A DNA stretch of 64,000 bases from Eledone cirrhosa. Its lineage: Eukaryota. Below, in pieces: positions 1 to 11,983 of the stretch (its first letter is position 1; the number at the start of each line of letters is the position of its first letter). The notes below the pieces were generated by a model that was not told the origin of the DNA, made no database searches, and saw only the letters and a list, made by a program, of their open reading frames with translations. The stretch lies in the NCBI GenBank assembly GCA_964016885.1, contig OZ024742.1, forward strand, positions 288,858,001 through 288,922,000. Direction: 5' to 3'. The translations under genes were made by a program, and so were the position numbers.

Positions 1-280
1 AGAAAAGAAAGAAAGAAAAAAAACAAGAACAAGAGAAGACATGGACACTTACACATAACAGGGAATATTGGTGTTTCCTTCTAAATATTTTTGAGGTAAA
101 CCAAGACACTCAGGGCATTTACTCAGGTGATAGAGGGTCTCTTAATTATATATAACAACAGGGAATGTTGGTGTTTCTCTCTAGACATATTTGAAGCAAA
201 CCAAGACACTCAGGTAATAACAAGTCCCTTAATTATGAACCAAAATAAAAAGTGTTGCTGCTTTCTAACCATTATTGAGG

Positions 281-460
281 GTGGATTGGCAGTATCAGTA
301 GAGAGTCGGACGCCATGCTTTCCAGCATAGTTACGTCCCTTTACGGTCTGAGTTCAAATCCCGCCGAGGTTAACTTTGCCTTTCATCCTTACGGGGTCGA
401 TAAAATAAAGTACCAGTAATGTACTGGGTAATTGCTGGCCTTGTGCCAAAAGTAGAAACA
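281..460 (+). mobile_element. tRNA-derived SINE with Meta-domain-like core
   Basis: B-box GAGTTCAAATCC; core GCCTTTCATCCTTACGGGGTCGATAAAATAAAGTACC; TSD ATTATTGAGG at 271-280 and 461-470. Confidence 0.8.
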
Positions 461-499
461 ATTATTGAGGCAAGCCAAGACGCCTACGGCATTGCTGCA

Positions 500-930
500 T
501 GAATAAGGCTAAGGTGTTGGAATAACCAAGCATGCTCACCAACATCAACTGATAATTCAGTAAGATCAAGTGATAATGAGGCTAAGTTGCTGCAATAGCC
601 AATCACTCAAACCAGCATCCCCTGTGGCTTCAGTAAGGCCAGGTGATAGCAAGGCTAAGACAATAAAATAGTCAAGCATCCCATCAGTATCACTTATACT
701 TCAGTAATGTTAAGTGAGAGAGAGGCTAAGGTGCTGGAAAAGTCAAGCACCCTCACCAGCAGCACCTGATACTTCAGTAATGTTAGATGATAGAGGGGCT
801 AAGGTGCTGGAATAGCCAAGTACCCGCACCAGCAACACATGATGTTTCAGTAAGACCAGGTAAAAGTGAGGCTAAGGTGCTGGAATAGTCAAACGCCCTC
901 ACCAGTAGCACCTGATACTTCATTAAGGTA
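500..930. repeat. Degenerate ~73-bp minisatellite, ~6 units
   Basis: GGCTAAG anchor at 507, 580, 653, 724, 797 and 870. Confidence 0.85.
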
Positions 931-1939
931 AGCTACCATCGGGCCAGATCTCTAGTTTAAGATTAACTTTTTGTCCCCTAATCTCCTCCCAATTGTCTCA
1001 GTTGCATTGAAAAAGGTCATCAGCGCTATTCCTCCTCTTTTGGCTTGACCGGAGCTTGGCAAAATATTTTGCTGTACTTATTCTGGCTCTCAATGTCCTG
1101 GGTTCAAATCCCACCAAAGTCAACTTTGCTTTTGATCTTGTCGGGGCTCGATAAAAAAATATCACTCAAGGGTGGTGGATTAGTGGAATTGTTCAAGAAT
1201 CAATGAATTTATATTATTGTGTTATACACGGATTAGGCATTATATTCGTAATATCCTTCTGAATGAATTGCGAGCAATTTATAATGTTATTTACGCATTT
1301 GTAATGTTATTCTACTGTACATTTATACAATTGTAATAAAATTATTTGTATATATATTTAAAAAAATTGAAATAACTTGTATTTGTTCTGGCTATACGAG
1401 CTCAAATCCCACTGTGGCTTCCTTGGGTGGTAGACTTAACCCATCACTTGATTTAAAACCACCACATGATCCTTGGGCGCATTTCGTAGTGTTTATTCTG
1501 TTGCAAGCATTCAGGCCTGGTCAATGCTTTGGTGATATTTCCCTCTTTTCCTCCCTATAGCTCCGGAGATCCTGGTAAAAGTCATGGGCACTGCTTAATA
1601 ATATAAAAAGTAATTTAAAAAAAAAACAAATTTATATAAACCTATTATATTAAAGTGAAAGTAAAACTTCTACATGTAAGTATCTAAAAAAAATTAATTC
1701 ATATCAAGTTAACTTACATGTGTACATTGACTTTTATTTATTTCGTATATTTATTTATTTATTTTACATGTACTTCTTTCGAAATATCGCTACCTCACAT
1801 CTATTTTTTCACTTTATTTTTACTTTCACTTTAATATATAGCAATTTACCCAAACTACAAGGCCTAGTGATAATGTTAGAAGAGGCTCGCAGTAAATGGT
1901 GACTGTTTAGAGTTATCTCCCCTGACTGAGTGAATTAAC

Positions 1940-2059
1940 ATGGCTGCAAAGTTACCTCACAACCTCAGAAGTGGCAAATTAATTCTCGATGTTTCCAGTT
2001 TTAATCATCGCAAAAGCAATCATGACAGAATTGTACTTTCACACTATTTCAACTTTTCT
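1940..2059 (+). CDS. RPP40: RNase P/MRP subunit p40, exon 1
   Basis: ATG at 1940; MAAKLPHNLRSGKLILDVSSFNHRKSNHDRIVLSHYFNFS resembles the recalled RPP40 N-terminus (SNF..HKSRH..LV..HYYN); GTAAGT donor at 2060; phase 0. Confidence 0.88.
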
Positions 2060-2169
2060 GTAAGTATAACAGAATGTTCGTTTATTCTAACAATTCAATG
2101 AGTTTCACCACGTGGTGGTGTTTACAAACTTGTAGATTTACTTCGTTTGGAGTGAAGATTATATATCAT

Positions 2170-2850
2170 AATTATCCTTTTTGCGTCCATTTCTTCATAT
2201 TAGCATGGGTTAGACGAGTCTTCTCCAGCACAACCTCCTTCCACTTGCTGCATTCCTTCGTTATCTACTCTGCGATGTTCGCTACTTCTGCACCTGTTTT
2301 CCTTGGCCTTTATCGCAGCTTCCTTCCACTGGGAACTTCTTCGTCTAACAGTCATCTTCCATACGTATCACAGTGCAATCGTCATTCTTGCATACTACAT
2401 TTGATTTCTCTTATACTTAATTTTTTCTCTCAGCTCATCTATGCTTCACTATTTATGCATATCAACATTACATATCCATCGAAGCGTACTTGCTTCATTT
2501 CTCTCTAGCTTTCGCACAACCTCTGCATTTACTGTCCGTGTTTCACTCCCATGCAACATCGCATTTCGCTTGCAAGCATTAAATAGCAGGTTTTTCTTTT
2601 GTGGAGTGAAACCTTTTTGTCAACAGAGGTAGTAGTTCCCTGAATTCTTCCATCATGTTTTTTATAACTTCAATGATTTCAGAGCAGCTTCCTCTGCTAA
2701 TTAGGTCACCTAGGTAGTAGAAGCTACCAACCACTACGAAAAGTTAATTTCACTGGTGCTCTTACTACTAGCTACGCCTGTGCATCTCCCACATACAAAA
2801 CTTGCCTTTTCTGTTAGTCTGCCTACAATCCCACTACATCTCTTGTGTAC
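2170..2850 (-). mobile_element. Decayed RTE 3' fragment in RPP40 intron 1
   Basis: Reverse complement resembles VVVGSFYYLGD..GRLLNACKRNAMLHGSET..ERNEA..GRPRK; similar fragments at 30130-30400, 34550-34830 and 52240-52705. Confidence 0.7.
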
Positions 2851-3735
2851 CCAAGTTTTACTTATTGAGCAGTCACTCCCCTGCCTTCTTTCCTACATTG
2901 GTCTTTACTAAATTTAGTCTGAGTCCTTTCAGCTTCTTTACATACTTGTCACTTAACTTCCCTTTTAACCTCTTGATACTGTTCGTTGCTACTCCTATTT
3001 TCCCAGCCTCTTCATGCCTGTCTCTTAGCTTTAATGGTTCTGTCTACATTGCTATTCCTCCACCAGATCACCCTTCGTCTGGCTAGTATCTTGCTCTGGC
3101 CATGGGTCTCATCTGCAGCAGGTTGTCCAATAGAAGCTTCCAATTACCCTCTATGTCATATATGACCTCCCTCCTTTTGTTGTACACATCACATAGACCT
3201 TTTCTGAACCTATGTTTAACAGAAAAGTCTTTTAGCTTCCATATCCTTCTTATCTAGATTTTCCTGTTTTTGGCTAGTTCTTATTGTGATGTCACTGATG
3301 ACTAACTTATATTGGGTAATACATTCTTCTCCAGGAAATAACATAGCAATCATTCTCATTTTAACTCAGAGAAAAACCTAAGAGATGTTGTGGGCAGATG
3401 TTCAGTTTACTTCTCTGGTTTCTCTCTGAGCCCCCACCCCCTACATACTCCCCTTGATAATGAATGGTAAATCCGAAAATATTTATGATTATTAAAAATT
3501 ACTAATGTAACTTCATATCATTCTCACCCTTTTACTTTACTTCACTGTGTTCTTTTTTCTTCTACTTATTACCTTAGTATTTTTACCAAACATGGATTAT
3601 TGGGCTTCCAAATAACCAAACTTATTTCTTATTTGTATTTATATCTCTTATTCCACAATGCTTTAAGCAAACTACCACACCTTACCCATAATTATAATAA
3701 CATAATAGATATAATTTACATAATCTATATTTCAG

Positions 3736-3883
3736 CTGAATTTGATTCTCCCTGGTGCTGTGAATTTACCAGATTCTCTCACTGATATTCTCCAACAGAG
3801 AGGATCAACTGTTTATTTCCTCAAAAGAATACCAATATCTTTACTTATAGAACCAGATTTCTTGGAAGCCTTTTGCAAAAGAG
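3736..3883 (+). CDS. RPP40: RPP40 exon 2
   Basis: TTTCAG acceptor, GTAAAT donor; LNLILPGAV...YFLKRIPISLLIEPDFLEAFCKRG matches RPP40 (YFVKNLPLHELITPEFISTFIKKG); 148 nt. Confidence 0.92.
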
Positions 3884-4952
3884 GTAAATATGGTTTAATT
3901 ATAATTTTGTATTTTATTTATATTGGTTCCACTATAAAATGTACCCAACTCACTATATGGTAGAGAGTACTTTTCAGTTAAGCCAATGACCTTACTAGAG
4001 TTGGAACCACAAAAATGCATCCAGTACACTCTATAAAGTTCATTAGGAAGTTCATCCTGTCATAGAAAACTTGCCAAACAATGGTTTGAGAGGACTCTTC
4101 AGTTGTGTCAAGAGCACCATAACCTTCCTAGTGCTGGTGCCATGATAAATTGCACTTAATACACTCTATAAAGTGGTTGGTGATATGAAGGGTATTCAAC
4201 CATAGAAAACTTGCCAAACAAAGGGTCAAAAGGACTCTTTGGTTATCTCAAGGACATGAAAACCTCCCTAATGCTTGTCTCAGGATAAAAAGAACCCAGT
4301 AGCTTTGTAAAGTGTAGAAATGTATGTAAGTATATATATATTTACAATATACTGTGTTTCTTATACTGTGTTTCTTTCTCTCTCTATATATATATACATC
4401 CCTCTCTCTCTCTCTATATATATATATATATCAATAATAATAATAGTGAGTAAAATCGAAGTTGCGGTCGCGATTAACATTTTTCGAAATCAATCTTCTG
4501 AGGCTGGCACAAAGCACTCTGTGAGTAGTTATCAATAAATTATAGCTCAGAGTAATAACAATACGTTAGAGGTGTGACACAGTGAAAATTGCAACCTGAG
4601 ACATGTTGCCACAAAAGCCACTACAACAACGAAAATACAAACAGGTTAAAGACCAACCTGATTGATAGATATATGGATATCTTCGATGGGTTTCTGGGAA
4701 TCCAAAAGCTACTCTCCAAGTTGCGTAACATGCAAGCCAATAATTTATCCCAAGATGGAACGAGGATATCCCTTTCTCAACAGGCGTTTCGTTTCGTTTT
4801 ACATCAGCGCGGCTTAATAACTCCACTGCCAAGTACTGTAGCAGTAACTTTGCCAGCGGGCAAGAAAGGAGGAAGATTCACATTGGGCTTTGGTGGGCAA
4901 ATTCAAAAGTGTGAACAAAGGAATTTATTCATAGCCTCCAAAGTAAGCTCTC

Positions 4953-5034
<82 letters not shown>

Positions 5035-5036
<2 letters not shown>

Positions 5037-5680
5037 TGAGATAAGCAGAACAAGCAAAATTCAAACAATTTTTTAAAATAAATTCAAAAATATAATTTAA
5101 ATATTTACCCACTCCAGTTGCTTTTACCGATCAGTTTCACTTCACAAAACATTAGAAATCCATGGGGACCTCCAATGGAAAAGTAAAGATCATCAGAGAG
5201 CATTTTCCTTTCCTAGGACAAAAAGTTCCAGGAACGGCAAAATATATTGCCATCTACTAGCTAGCACAGGATCGAATGAGGCTAAAATTTGACCTGTACA
5301 TGAACCAGTCCGTAGCAAAAGCGGAAGTAAACATAGACGTGTTGTCTACTCCACCACTAAAAATAGCAGCCAAATAGAACAACGGATTTGTTCTCTACAT
5401 AACGGAGAATATTAAATGAAGTTAATATGCCCACGGGTATTAAGTACCCCTGGAAATATATAGGTTGTCTATGATACAGGGTTGTTCAATGGTATTAATT
5501 TGACATACCAGAACTATAATATTGAGATAAGCAGAACAAGCAAAATTCAAACAATTTTTTAAAATAAATTAAAAAATATAATTTAAATTTTTACCCACTC
5601 CAGTTGCTTTTACCGATCGGTTTCACTTCACAAAACATTAGAAATCCATGGGGACCTCCAATGGAAAAGTAAAGATCATC
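5035..5680 (-). mobile_element. Partial-tandem (pLTR/retrozyme-like) element, ~160-bp direct repeats with 486-bp period
   Basis: 5035-5194 repeated at 5521-5680; the repeat carries a minus-strand hammerhead; starts at a (TA)n tract in RPP40 intron 2. Confidence 0.72.
5119..5202 (-). ncRNA. Type I hammerhead ribozyme with extended stem II
   Basis: Minus strand: TGCTCT-CTGATGA-TCTTTAC..GTGAAGT-GAAAC-TGATCG-GTA-AAAGCA; the second repeat copy has the perfect palindrome ACCGATCGGT in stem III. Confidence 0.7.
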
Positions 5681-6098
5681 ATCATCATCGTTTAACGTCC
5701 ATATTCCACGCTTGCATGGGTTTGGACGGGAGTTTTCCCACTTGAGGCAAGATTGGTTGTCCTGCTCGTATAGGACTGTCTGGCGGGTTTTCTACGGCTG
5801 GATGCTCTTCCTAACACCAACCACGTTTACAGTGTGGGACTGGGAGGTTTTTACCGTGTTACCTACACGGCCACATTACAGCGTGGACTGTGTTTTTTTT
5901 TTTTGTCGTGACACCTACACGACCTCATTTGTTTCGGACTGGATGTTGTGGTACCAACATAACTTCACATTTAAGGGGGTGGTGGGGGTAGTGGGACAGG
6001 GGTGTATTTTTGTTAGAGGTTTCGCTTTGTACTTAGGCAAGGCAGGTCTTCTGTATTACTGTGTAGCGCCAAAGATCTCGGTCCAGTGACATTTGACA
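5675..6098 (-). mobile_element. RTE 3'UTR fragment with (CAT)n tail
   Basis: Near-identical to 55843-56290; related copies at 32636-33205, 29720-30035, 39520-39720 and 51245-51470. Confidence 0.85.
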
Positions 6099-6770
6099 TT
6101 ATATAAATATAAATATAAGAAATATAAACACACACATTCATATATCTTAGAATGCTGTTCTAAGATATCTCTTTTTCCCATACTCTTTCACTATCCACTT
6201 CCCATTCTTTATCATATTTTAGATCTATCTGTGTTTAATATGTATGTACCTGTCTAGTGTTTGTGCCTGATTTTGTGTATGTATCTGTGTTTGCTTTTTT
6301 GGTTTCTATCATGACGGAGATAGGAAACACATTGTGCATATATGAATATCTGTGTGTATGTTTGTGTGTGTAATTTTAAAGAATTACAAATATACGTATG
6401 TATGAACATACAAGCCCACATGGCATATTATTATAGTTGATACTTATGTGTGATAGGACTAGAGTCCCCATCATGAAAACATCTGAGAAACCTTTTATGA
6501 GATATAATTTTGTAGGAGGCCAGCTAAACCTATATAGGTGTGAGCTGTATTAACAAATGTGGGTCCTTATCATTAAAACACTTGAAAAACCTCCTATGGG
6601 GTGTTACCTTGTAAGAGGCTAGCTAAACCTACATAATTCTGAACTGTAATAAAAATTGTGGGTCCCTATCATTAAAACACTTGAGAAACCTCCAGTGAGG
6701 TGTCAGCTCAACCTCCATAGATGTGAGCAGTAAATTTCATTTCATTGTAATGAATAATTTGTAATTGTAG

Positions 6771-6839
6771 GTCAGCTGTATATGATGTCACATGGTACCA
6801 ATATTGACACACAGGACTGTATAGCACTGCTGCCACCTG
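6771..6839 (+). CDS. RPP40: RPP40 exon 3
   Basis: TTGTAG/GTGAGT boundaries; QLYMMSHGTNIDTQDCIALLPPG matches RPP40 (YALTYNTHIDEDNTVALLPNG); 69 nt. Confidence 0.92.
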
Positions 6840-6917
6840 GTGAGTAATAACAGCTTCATTACGGTTTTTTTTTTTTGGTTCTTAACTAAAGCCTCTTCAC
6901 ATCACTCTGTCACCGAA

Positions 6918-7195
6918 TGTCACTGGGAAAGCTATGAACATCACAACACCACATTCTACACCACTGGGAAAGCTATGAACATCACAACACCTCATTCTAC
7001 ATCACTGGGAAAGCCATGAACATCACAATACCTCATTCTACATCACTGGGAAAGCCATAAACATCATTACACCTCATTCTACATCACTGGGAAAGCCATG
7101 AACATCATTACACCTCATTCTACATTGGTGGGAAAGCCATAAACATCACAACACCTCATTTTACATCACTGGAAAAGACATGAACACTACAACAT
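6918..7195. repeat. 41-bp minisatellite, ~6.5 units
   Basis: CACTGGGAAAGC at 6921, 6962, 7003, 7044, 7085... Confidence 0.9.
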
Positions 7196-7569
7196 CACAG
7201 TTATTATCTCTAAAAATATATATATCTAACATTTTTTCTTGTCAGAAGAAATGAATAATTGATTTTAAAATATTGTGTAGAGTGGTTGGGTGTGTGTATG
7301 TCTGTGAATGTTAAGTGGTAGGGTGTACATATATGTGTCCATGTGAGTGTATATGTGAAGGGGTAGGGAGTATCTATTTGTGTCTGTATGTTTGTGTGTG
7401 TATGTGTGCACGTCTGTGACTATGAGTTTGTATGTATGTCTATGGGAGTGTGTATATAAGTGAATGTGGTGGATGGTGTCAAATTATGCTTAATTTTTGA
7501 ATTTTAGGTTTGATTCAAATGATGAGTTATTTCAACATGTTTGATGAAATAATTTATGTTCTTGTTCAG

Positions 7570-7665
7570 GTAAACTTGTGTTGAACGTAACTAAGGAAAC
7601 ATATGAAAGTTTAGGTCTTGATGGGAAAAGGTCAAAGTTCGTTAAACATGGACACAACAAATTTG
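7570..7665 (+). CDS. RPP40: RPP40 exon 4
   Basis: TTCAG/GTAAGT boundaries; KLVLNVTKETYESLGLDGKRSKF matches RPP40 (KLILSLDKDTYEETGLQG); 96 nt. Confidence 0.94.
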
Positions 7666-7689
7666 GTAAGTCTTCTTTTCCATTCACAT

Positions 7690-8003
7690 ACACTGTGTAT
7701 ATCTGTTTTACAATAGGAATATCATATCCCTGTGTATATCTAGTTTAGAATAGGTACACTGTATCCCTGTGTATATCTGTTTTACAATAGGTCTACTGTA
7801 TCTCTGTGTGTATCTAGTTTAGAATAGGTCATTCTATCTCTGTGTATCTGGTTTATAATAGGTACACCATATCCTTGTGTATATCTAGTTTACAATAGGT
7901 ACACCATGTCCCTGTGTATATCTAGTTTACAATAGGAACACCATGTCCCTGTGTATATCTAGTTTACAATTGGTACACCATGTCCCTGTGTATATCTAGT
8001 TTA
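7690..8003 (+). repeat. 37-bp minisatellite, ~8 units
   Basis: Unit TCCCTGTGTATATCTAGTTTACAATAGGTACACCATG. Confidence 0.9.
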
Positions 8004-8456
8004 GATATCTTACTTAACTCTTTTGTTATTGTATTTCTAATGCCTATGAGTGTCAATGAATTTTGAAAATAATAAGAATTAGGAGGGCTTAAGTAATATA
8101 CTTTCTCATTGTTAAGCTGGTGTTTGGAACATAACTTAAAAAAGGTTCTTACATAAAATTATGATGGAATATTTTTAGATAAAGATAAACATTTTAAAAT
8201 AAAGAGCTTTGTATTGTAGACCCAGGAGCAGTTTCAGGGAGTGGGTATGATAAGAGTTAAAGTAGACTTTGACCCAATTATTAACAAATAAAAATGTTAA
8301 CATTTCCATCTCTACAGCATCTTTTCCATGTTAATGAACATATAAATACACATTTTATTAATTTAACTTATAATAAATTACAATTAATGAATACACTTTT
8401 ATTAATTCAAATTCATATTTTAATTAATCAAATTACTATGTTTATTTCTGTTCTAG

Positions 8457-8582
8457 TGGTCACCATTCCTCTTTTGGATCCAAACTTTGTTTCTGGTAAA
8501 AAGTTCTACGAAAGAGTAAAATGGTGTTTTACTGATCGCTTAAATTTGAAGTTTAATATGTTGGCCTGTTGGATTCCTCCTG
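8457..8582 (+). CDS. RPP40: RPP40 exon 5
   Basis: TTCTAG/GTATGT boundaries; VTIPLLDPNFVSGKKFYERVKWCFTDRLNLKFNMLACW matches RPP40 (KKYERISWSF...LKFDFLLAW); 126 nt. Confidence 0.92.
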
Positions 8583-8589
8583 GTATGTC

Positions 8590-8945
8590 TACACCACTAC
8601 ACCACACTACACTACTCCACACTGCATTACACCATACCATACCACACTACACTACACCACACCATATCATATCACACCACACCACATTACCCTATACCAT
8701 GACACACAACACTATACTATGTGACATCACACCACACCATATTTCACTATACCATACCACACTACACTACTCCACACTGCACCACACCTTACTACACCAC
8801 ACTACACCACACTACACTACACCATATCATATCCCTCCACATTACCCTATACCATGACACACAACACTATACTATGTGACATCACACTATACCATACCAC
8901 TCCACACTATACCACATTACACCTCTCACCACATCATACCACTTC
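8590..8945. repeat. Degenerate (CACAC/TACAC) pentamer repeat
   Basis: Direct reading; complementary type at 38115-38610. Confidence 0.85.
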
Positions 8946-9079
8946 CTCATAACCTTCACATTGTGTCCATCTTGTGGTTTCTATTTCTGAGCCGGATGGT
9001 ATGTTGTGTTCTTGAGCAAGATGCTACATTTCGCTTAGAACCAGAGCCCCTATCATCAATATGCATACATACATATATA

Positions 9080-9938
9080 CAGGGTGCCGACGATATTTGT
9101 TCTAGTAAAAAATAACACAGTAGTTTTATTTTTTAAGATATATTTATCAAACTTGGGTCAGTTTGTCTTCATGACTTGTTCTTTCGATCTCACTCGATAA
9201 ACCCACCATTGGCTTTGATGACGGCCTCAAGGCAGCCTTGGAACCGCTATAGGCCTTCGTCACTGTCCCCTGACTTAGGCCCCTAAAGGCACTTGTGATC
9301 CTGGCCTTCAGATCGTCTTTCATATTGCAGCTAGCTCTGTTGGTGTCTCATTCCACTGCGCCCCAAACAAAGAAGTCGAGGGGGTTGCAATCAGGCGAGC
9401 TGGGAGGCCAGATGTCAGGTGAAGTGTGGTCGACGAAGTTCTCTGACAGCCAGGCTTGGGTCTTTCGGCTGGTATGGCAGGGTACTGAGTCTTGCTGCCA
9501 CGCATACGGCCTACCTGCTGCTACCTGGTCGATCTAGGGCTTTACTACCTCGCTCAGAACGCGGATGTAGCCATCGGTGTTCAGCTTGAGGCCCTCAGGG
9601 AAGAAGTGAGGTGGCATGACGACACCTAAGACCAATGTTGTTTCTGGAAACTTTGTCTGCATGACTCTGGGCACGTCTTTGGATGAGACACCATTCTTCT
9701 GCTGACGCTGAGAAAGTCTGAAATTTCCTTATTTGTCCTCCCGGCACGGATTCCAAGAAGAAATCCGTGTCTCTTCCACAAATTTGGAGGTTCAAAATTA
9801 TTCATAATCAATTATTCTGAAAATAAATAATGGAAATATAGTCACTGTTTTTATGAAGACAAGAGTGACAACGGAAGTAAAAAAAATTTGCATAAAATTA
9901 GCAGTTGAAAATTGCGAACAAATATCGTCCTCACTCTG
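9080..9938 (-). mobile_element. Second copy of the DD37D/maT deletion derivative, in RPP40 intron 5
   Basis: Same TIRs, TA flanks and colinear sequence as 60396-61289, with extra small deletions. Confidence 0.9.
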
Positions 9939-10349
9939 TATATATATATATATAATGTATGGTAGTTCTAGTGACATGATAAAATGTATGCAGTACACTC
10001 TGTAAGCTGGTAGTGCTGGTGCCACAATAAAATATGCCCAGTATATTCTATAAAGTGGTAGTGCTGGTGCCACAATAAAATATACCCAGTATATTCTGTA
10101 AAGTGGTAGTGCTGGTGCCCCACAATAAAATGCACCCAGTACTGCCTGTAAAGTAGTTGGCATCCAGCTGTAGAAACCATGCAATATGGAACATATAAGC
10201 AAGAAATGGTTATCTGGCCATCTATTGTCTGTGATCCATGAAACCCATGCCAGTATGGAAAACAAATGTATAATGATGATGATCTTTATTTTGTCAATTT
10301 TCCACAAATGTGAAACTCAAAACTGAATTCTTCCATTTTGTTTTTGCAG

Positions 10350-10557
10350 ATGACGACATTCTATCTTCCTCACTTGTGGAATATTTCAAAGAGAATAATT
10401 ACCGCACAGTCGCTGCTGGATTGAAGAAAGAGACAAAAACCAGAGCTGGTTTGAAAGTCCCTATAGTAACCAGTAGCCAACCACATTCTAGTATTGAATC
10501 ATGTGATTTTGAAGAGTTTTTTGATTGGCTAGGCTCAGTTTCTTCTGATTGTCAAGA
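10350..10557 (+). CDS. RPP40: RPP40 exon 6
   Basis: TTGCAG/GTAAGA boundaries; contains SCDFEEFFDWLGSV (RPP40 ELFDWLGAV); 208 nt, ends in phase 2. Confidence 0.92.
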
Positions 10558-11799
10558 GTAAGAATCATTAGTAAATTCTCTCACAATTTCTATCTCATAA
10601 AATTTTCCACATTCTCCATTTCATTAAAAAGAACAATCTATCTTTTACTAGTTTCAGTCATCTGACTGCAACCATTCTGGGACACTGCTTTTAAGCTATT
10701 TAGTCTGGGACTTTTTGTCGAACCGACTAAAATATAGAACATATAAAACATATAAAACATATAAAACAATAGCAAGGATTAGTTGTGTCATCACAGACTA
10801 AGAAAATACTTAAGCAGAGCCATTAATCCCTCAATACATTCCCACACAATAGTAAGCTGTGCATTTGGTCATGTCACCAGCACTAGGGAGGTCGTCATGT
10901 CCTCCTTATCACAATTGAAGAGTCTACTCAACTCTTTTTGGCATGGTTTCTACAGCTGGTTGCCCTTCCTGTTATCAATCACCTTACAAGGTGTACTAGG
11001 TGTGTTTGAATGTGGAACCAGATGTAAGGAAGTTTTTGGTTATTGACTCAACTGTAGAGCCCTCTTTACCCTATATAGGGGATATGATGGTAAGGGGTAG
11101 GGAGTATAATAAGTATGATCTTATTGATGAGTAACAATAGAGGGCAGAGAATGATACCTGTGTCATGAGTGCATTTTTTGTGGCACCAGCACTACTAATT
11201 TATTAAGCATAATTCTGTAAAACTAGTAGTACCTCACACACTCGATTTTCTGAAGTATTGAATACTTTAATATGTATCTATAAGCCTTATTCTTATTTAA
11301 AAAATCCCACAATGTGATGATAATATGCCATAGCATGGTCGTAGTCAATATTATTTCCATTAAAGCATCTTCATATTATATATTCAGTAAAGGTACATAA
11401 CTCTAATTCTTATTTATCTCCCTTATATCAATTTTGTGACATGAATTATAACAGTTGAACATTTAAAATAGGGATTCTCAAACCTATACCATCGACCTCT
11501 TGAGCAATCCCCTGGGTAGCTCTATCAACTTCCTGGGGCTCGATATCCATTATTAATTTTTGAAATACAAAATTGATTACTCAAACTTTGAGGTGTTTGG
11601 GTATTTAGAAAAGATCTGGTCTGGTTTGAACTTGCTGTCCCTTGTGGTTTGTTTTTTGAGCACCATTTCAGCTCTGATGCAGTAGACCTCTAGTCAAATG
11701 TGTTCCAGCTGTGACTCATCTTTCATTCAGGTAGAGTGTCTGGGACTACATTTTGTAATGTGTACTTCCTTTTTTATTAAGATAGGTATATAATGATAT

Positions 11800-11983
11800 A
11801 ATTGTTTCTACGTTAGGCACAAGGCCAGCAATTATCCAGTGTATTACTGGTACTTTATTTTATCGACCCCGTAAGGATGAAAGGCAAAGTTAACCTCAGC
11901 GGGATTTGAACTCAGGATGGCAAGGGCCGTAACTCTGCGTCAAAGCATGGCGTCCGACCCTCTACCGATACTGCCAATCCACC
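11800..11983 (-). mobile_element. Same SINE family, in RPP40 intron 6
   Basis: Reverse complement of 281-460; ~18-bp TSD GGTAT(A/G)TAATGATATAAT. Confidence 0.82.

Noticed and set aside
4589-5044. 151-aa ORF and the many other YIYI/HTHT/CVCV ORFs
   Set aside because: Open only because of dinucleotide repeats; no recognisable protein motifs.
6918-8003. CRISPR-like appearance of the 41-bp and 37-bp arrays
   Set aside because: Units are contiguous without unique spacers, no cas genes, and the context is a eukaryotic intron.
8294-8857. 187-aa single-exon ORF
   Set aside because: Only 8457-8582 is coding (RPP40 exon 5); the rest is intron and His/Thr-rich pentamer repeat.
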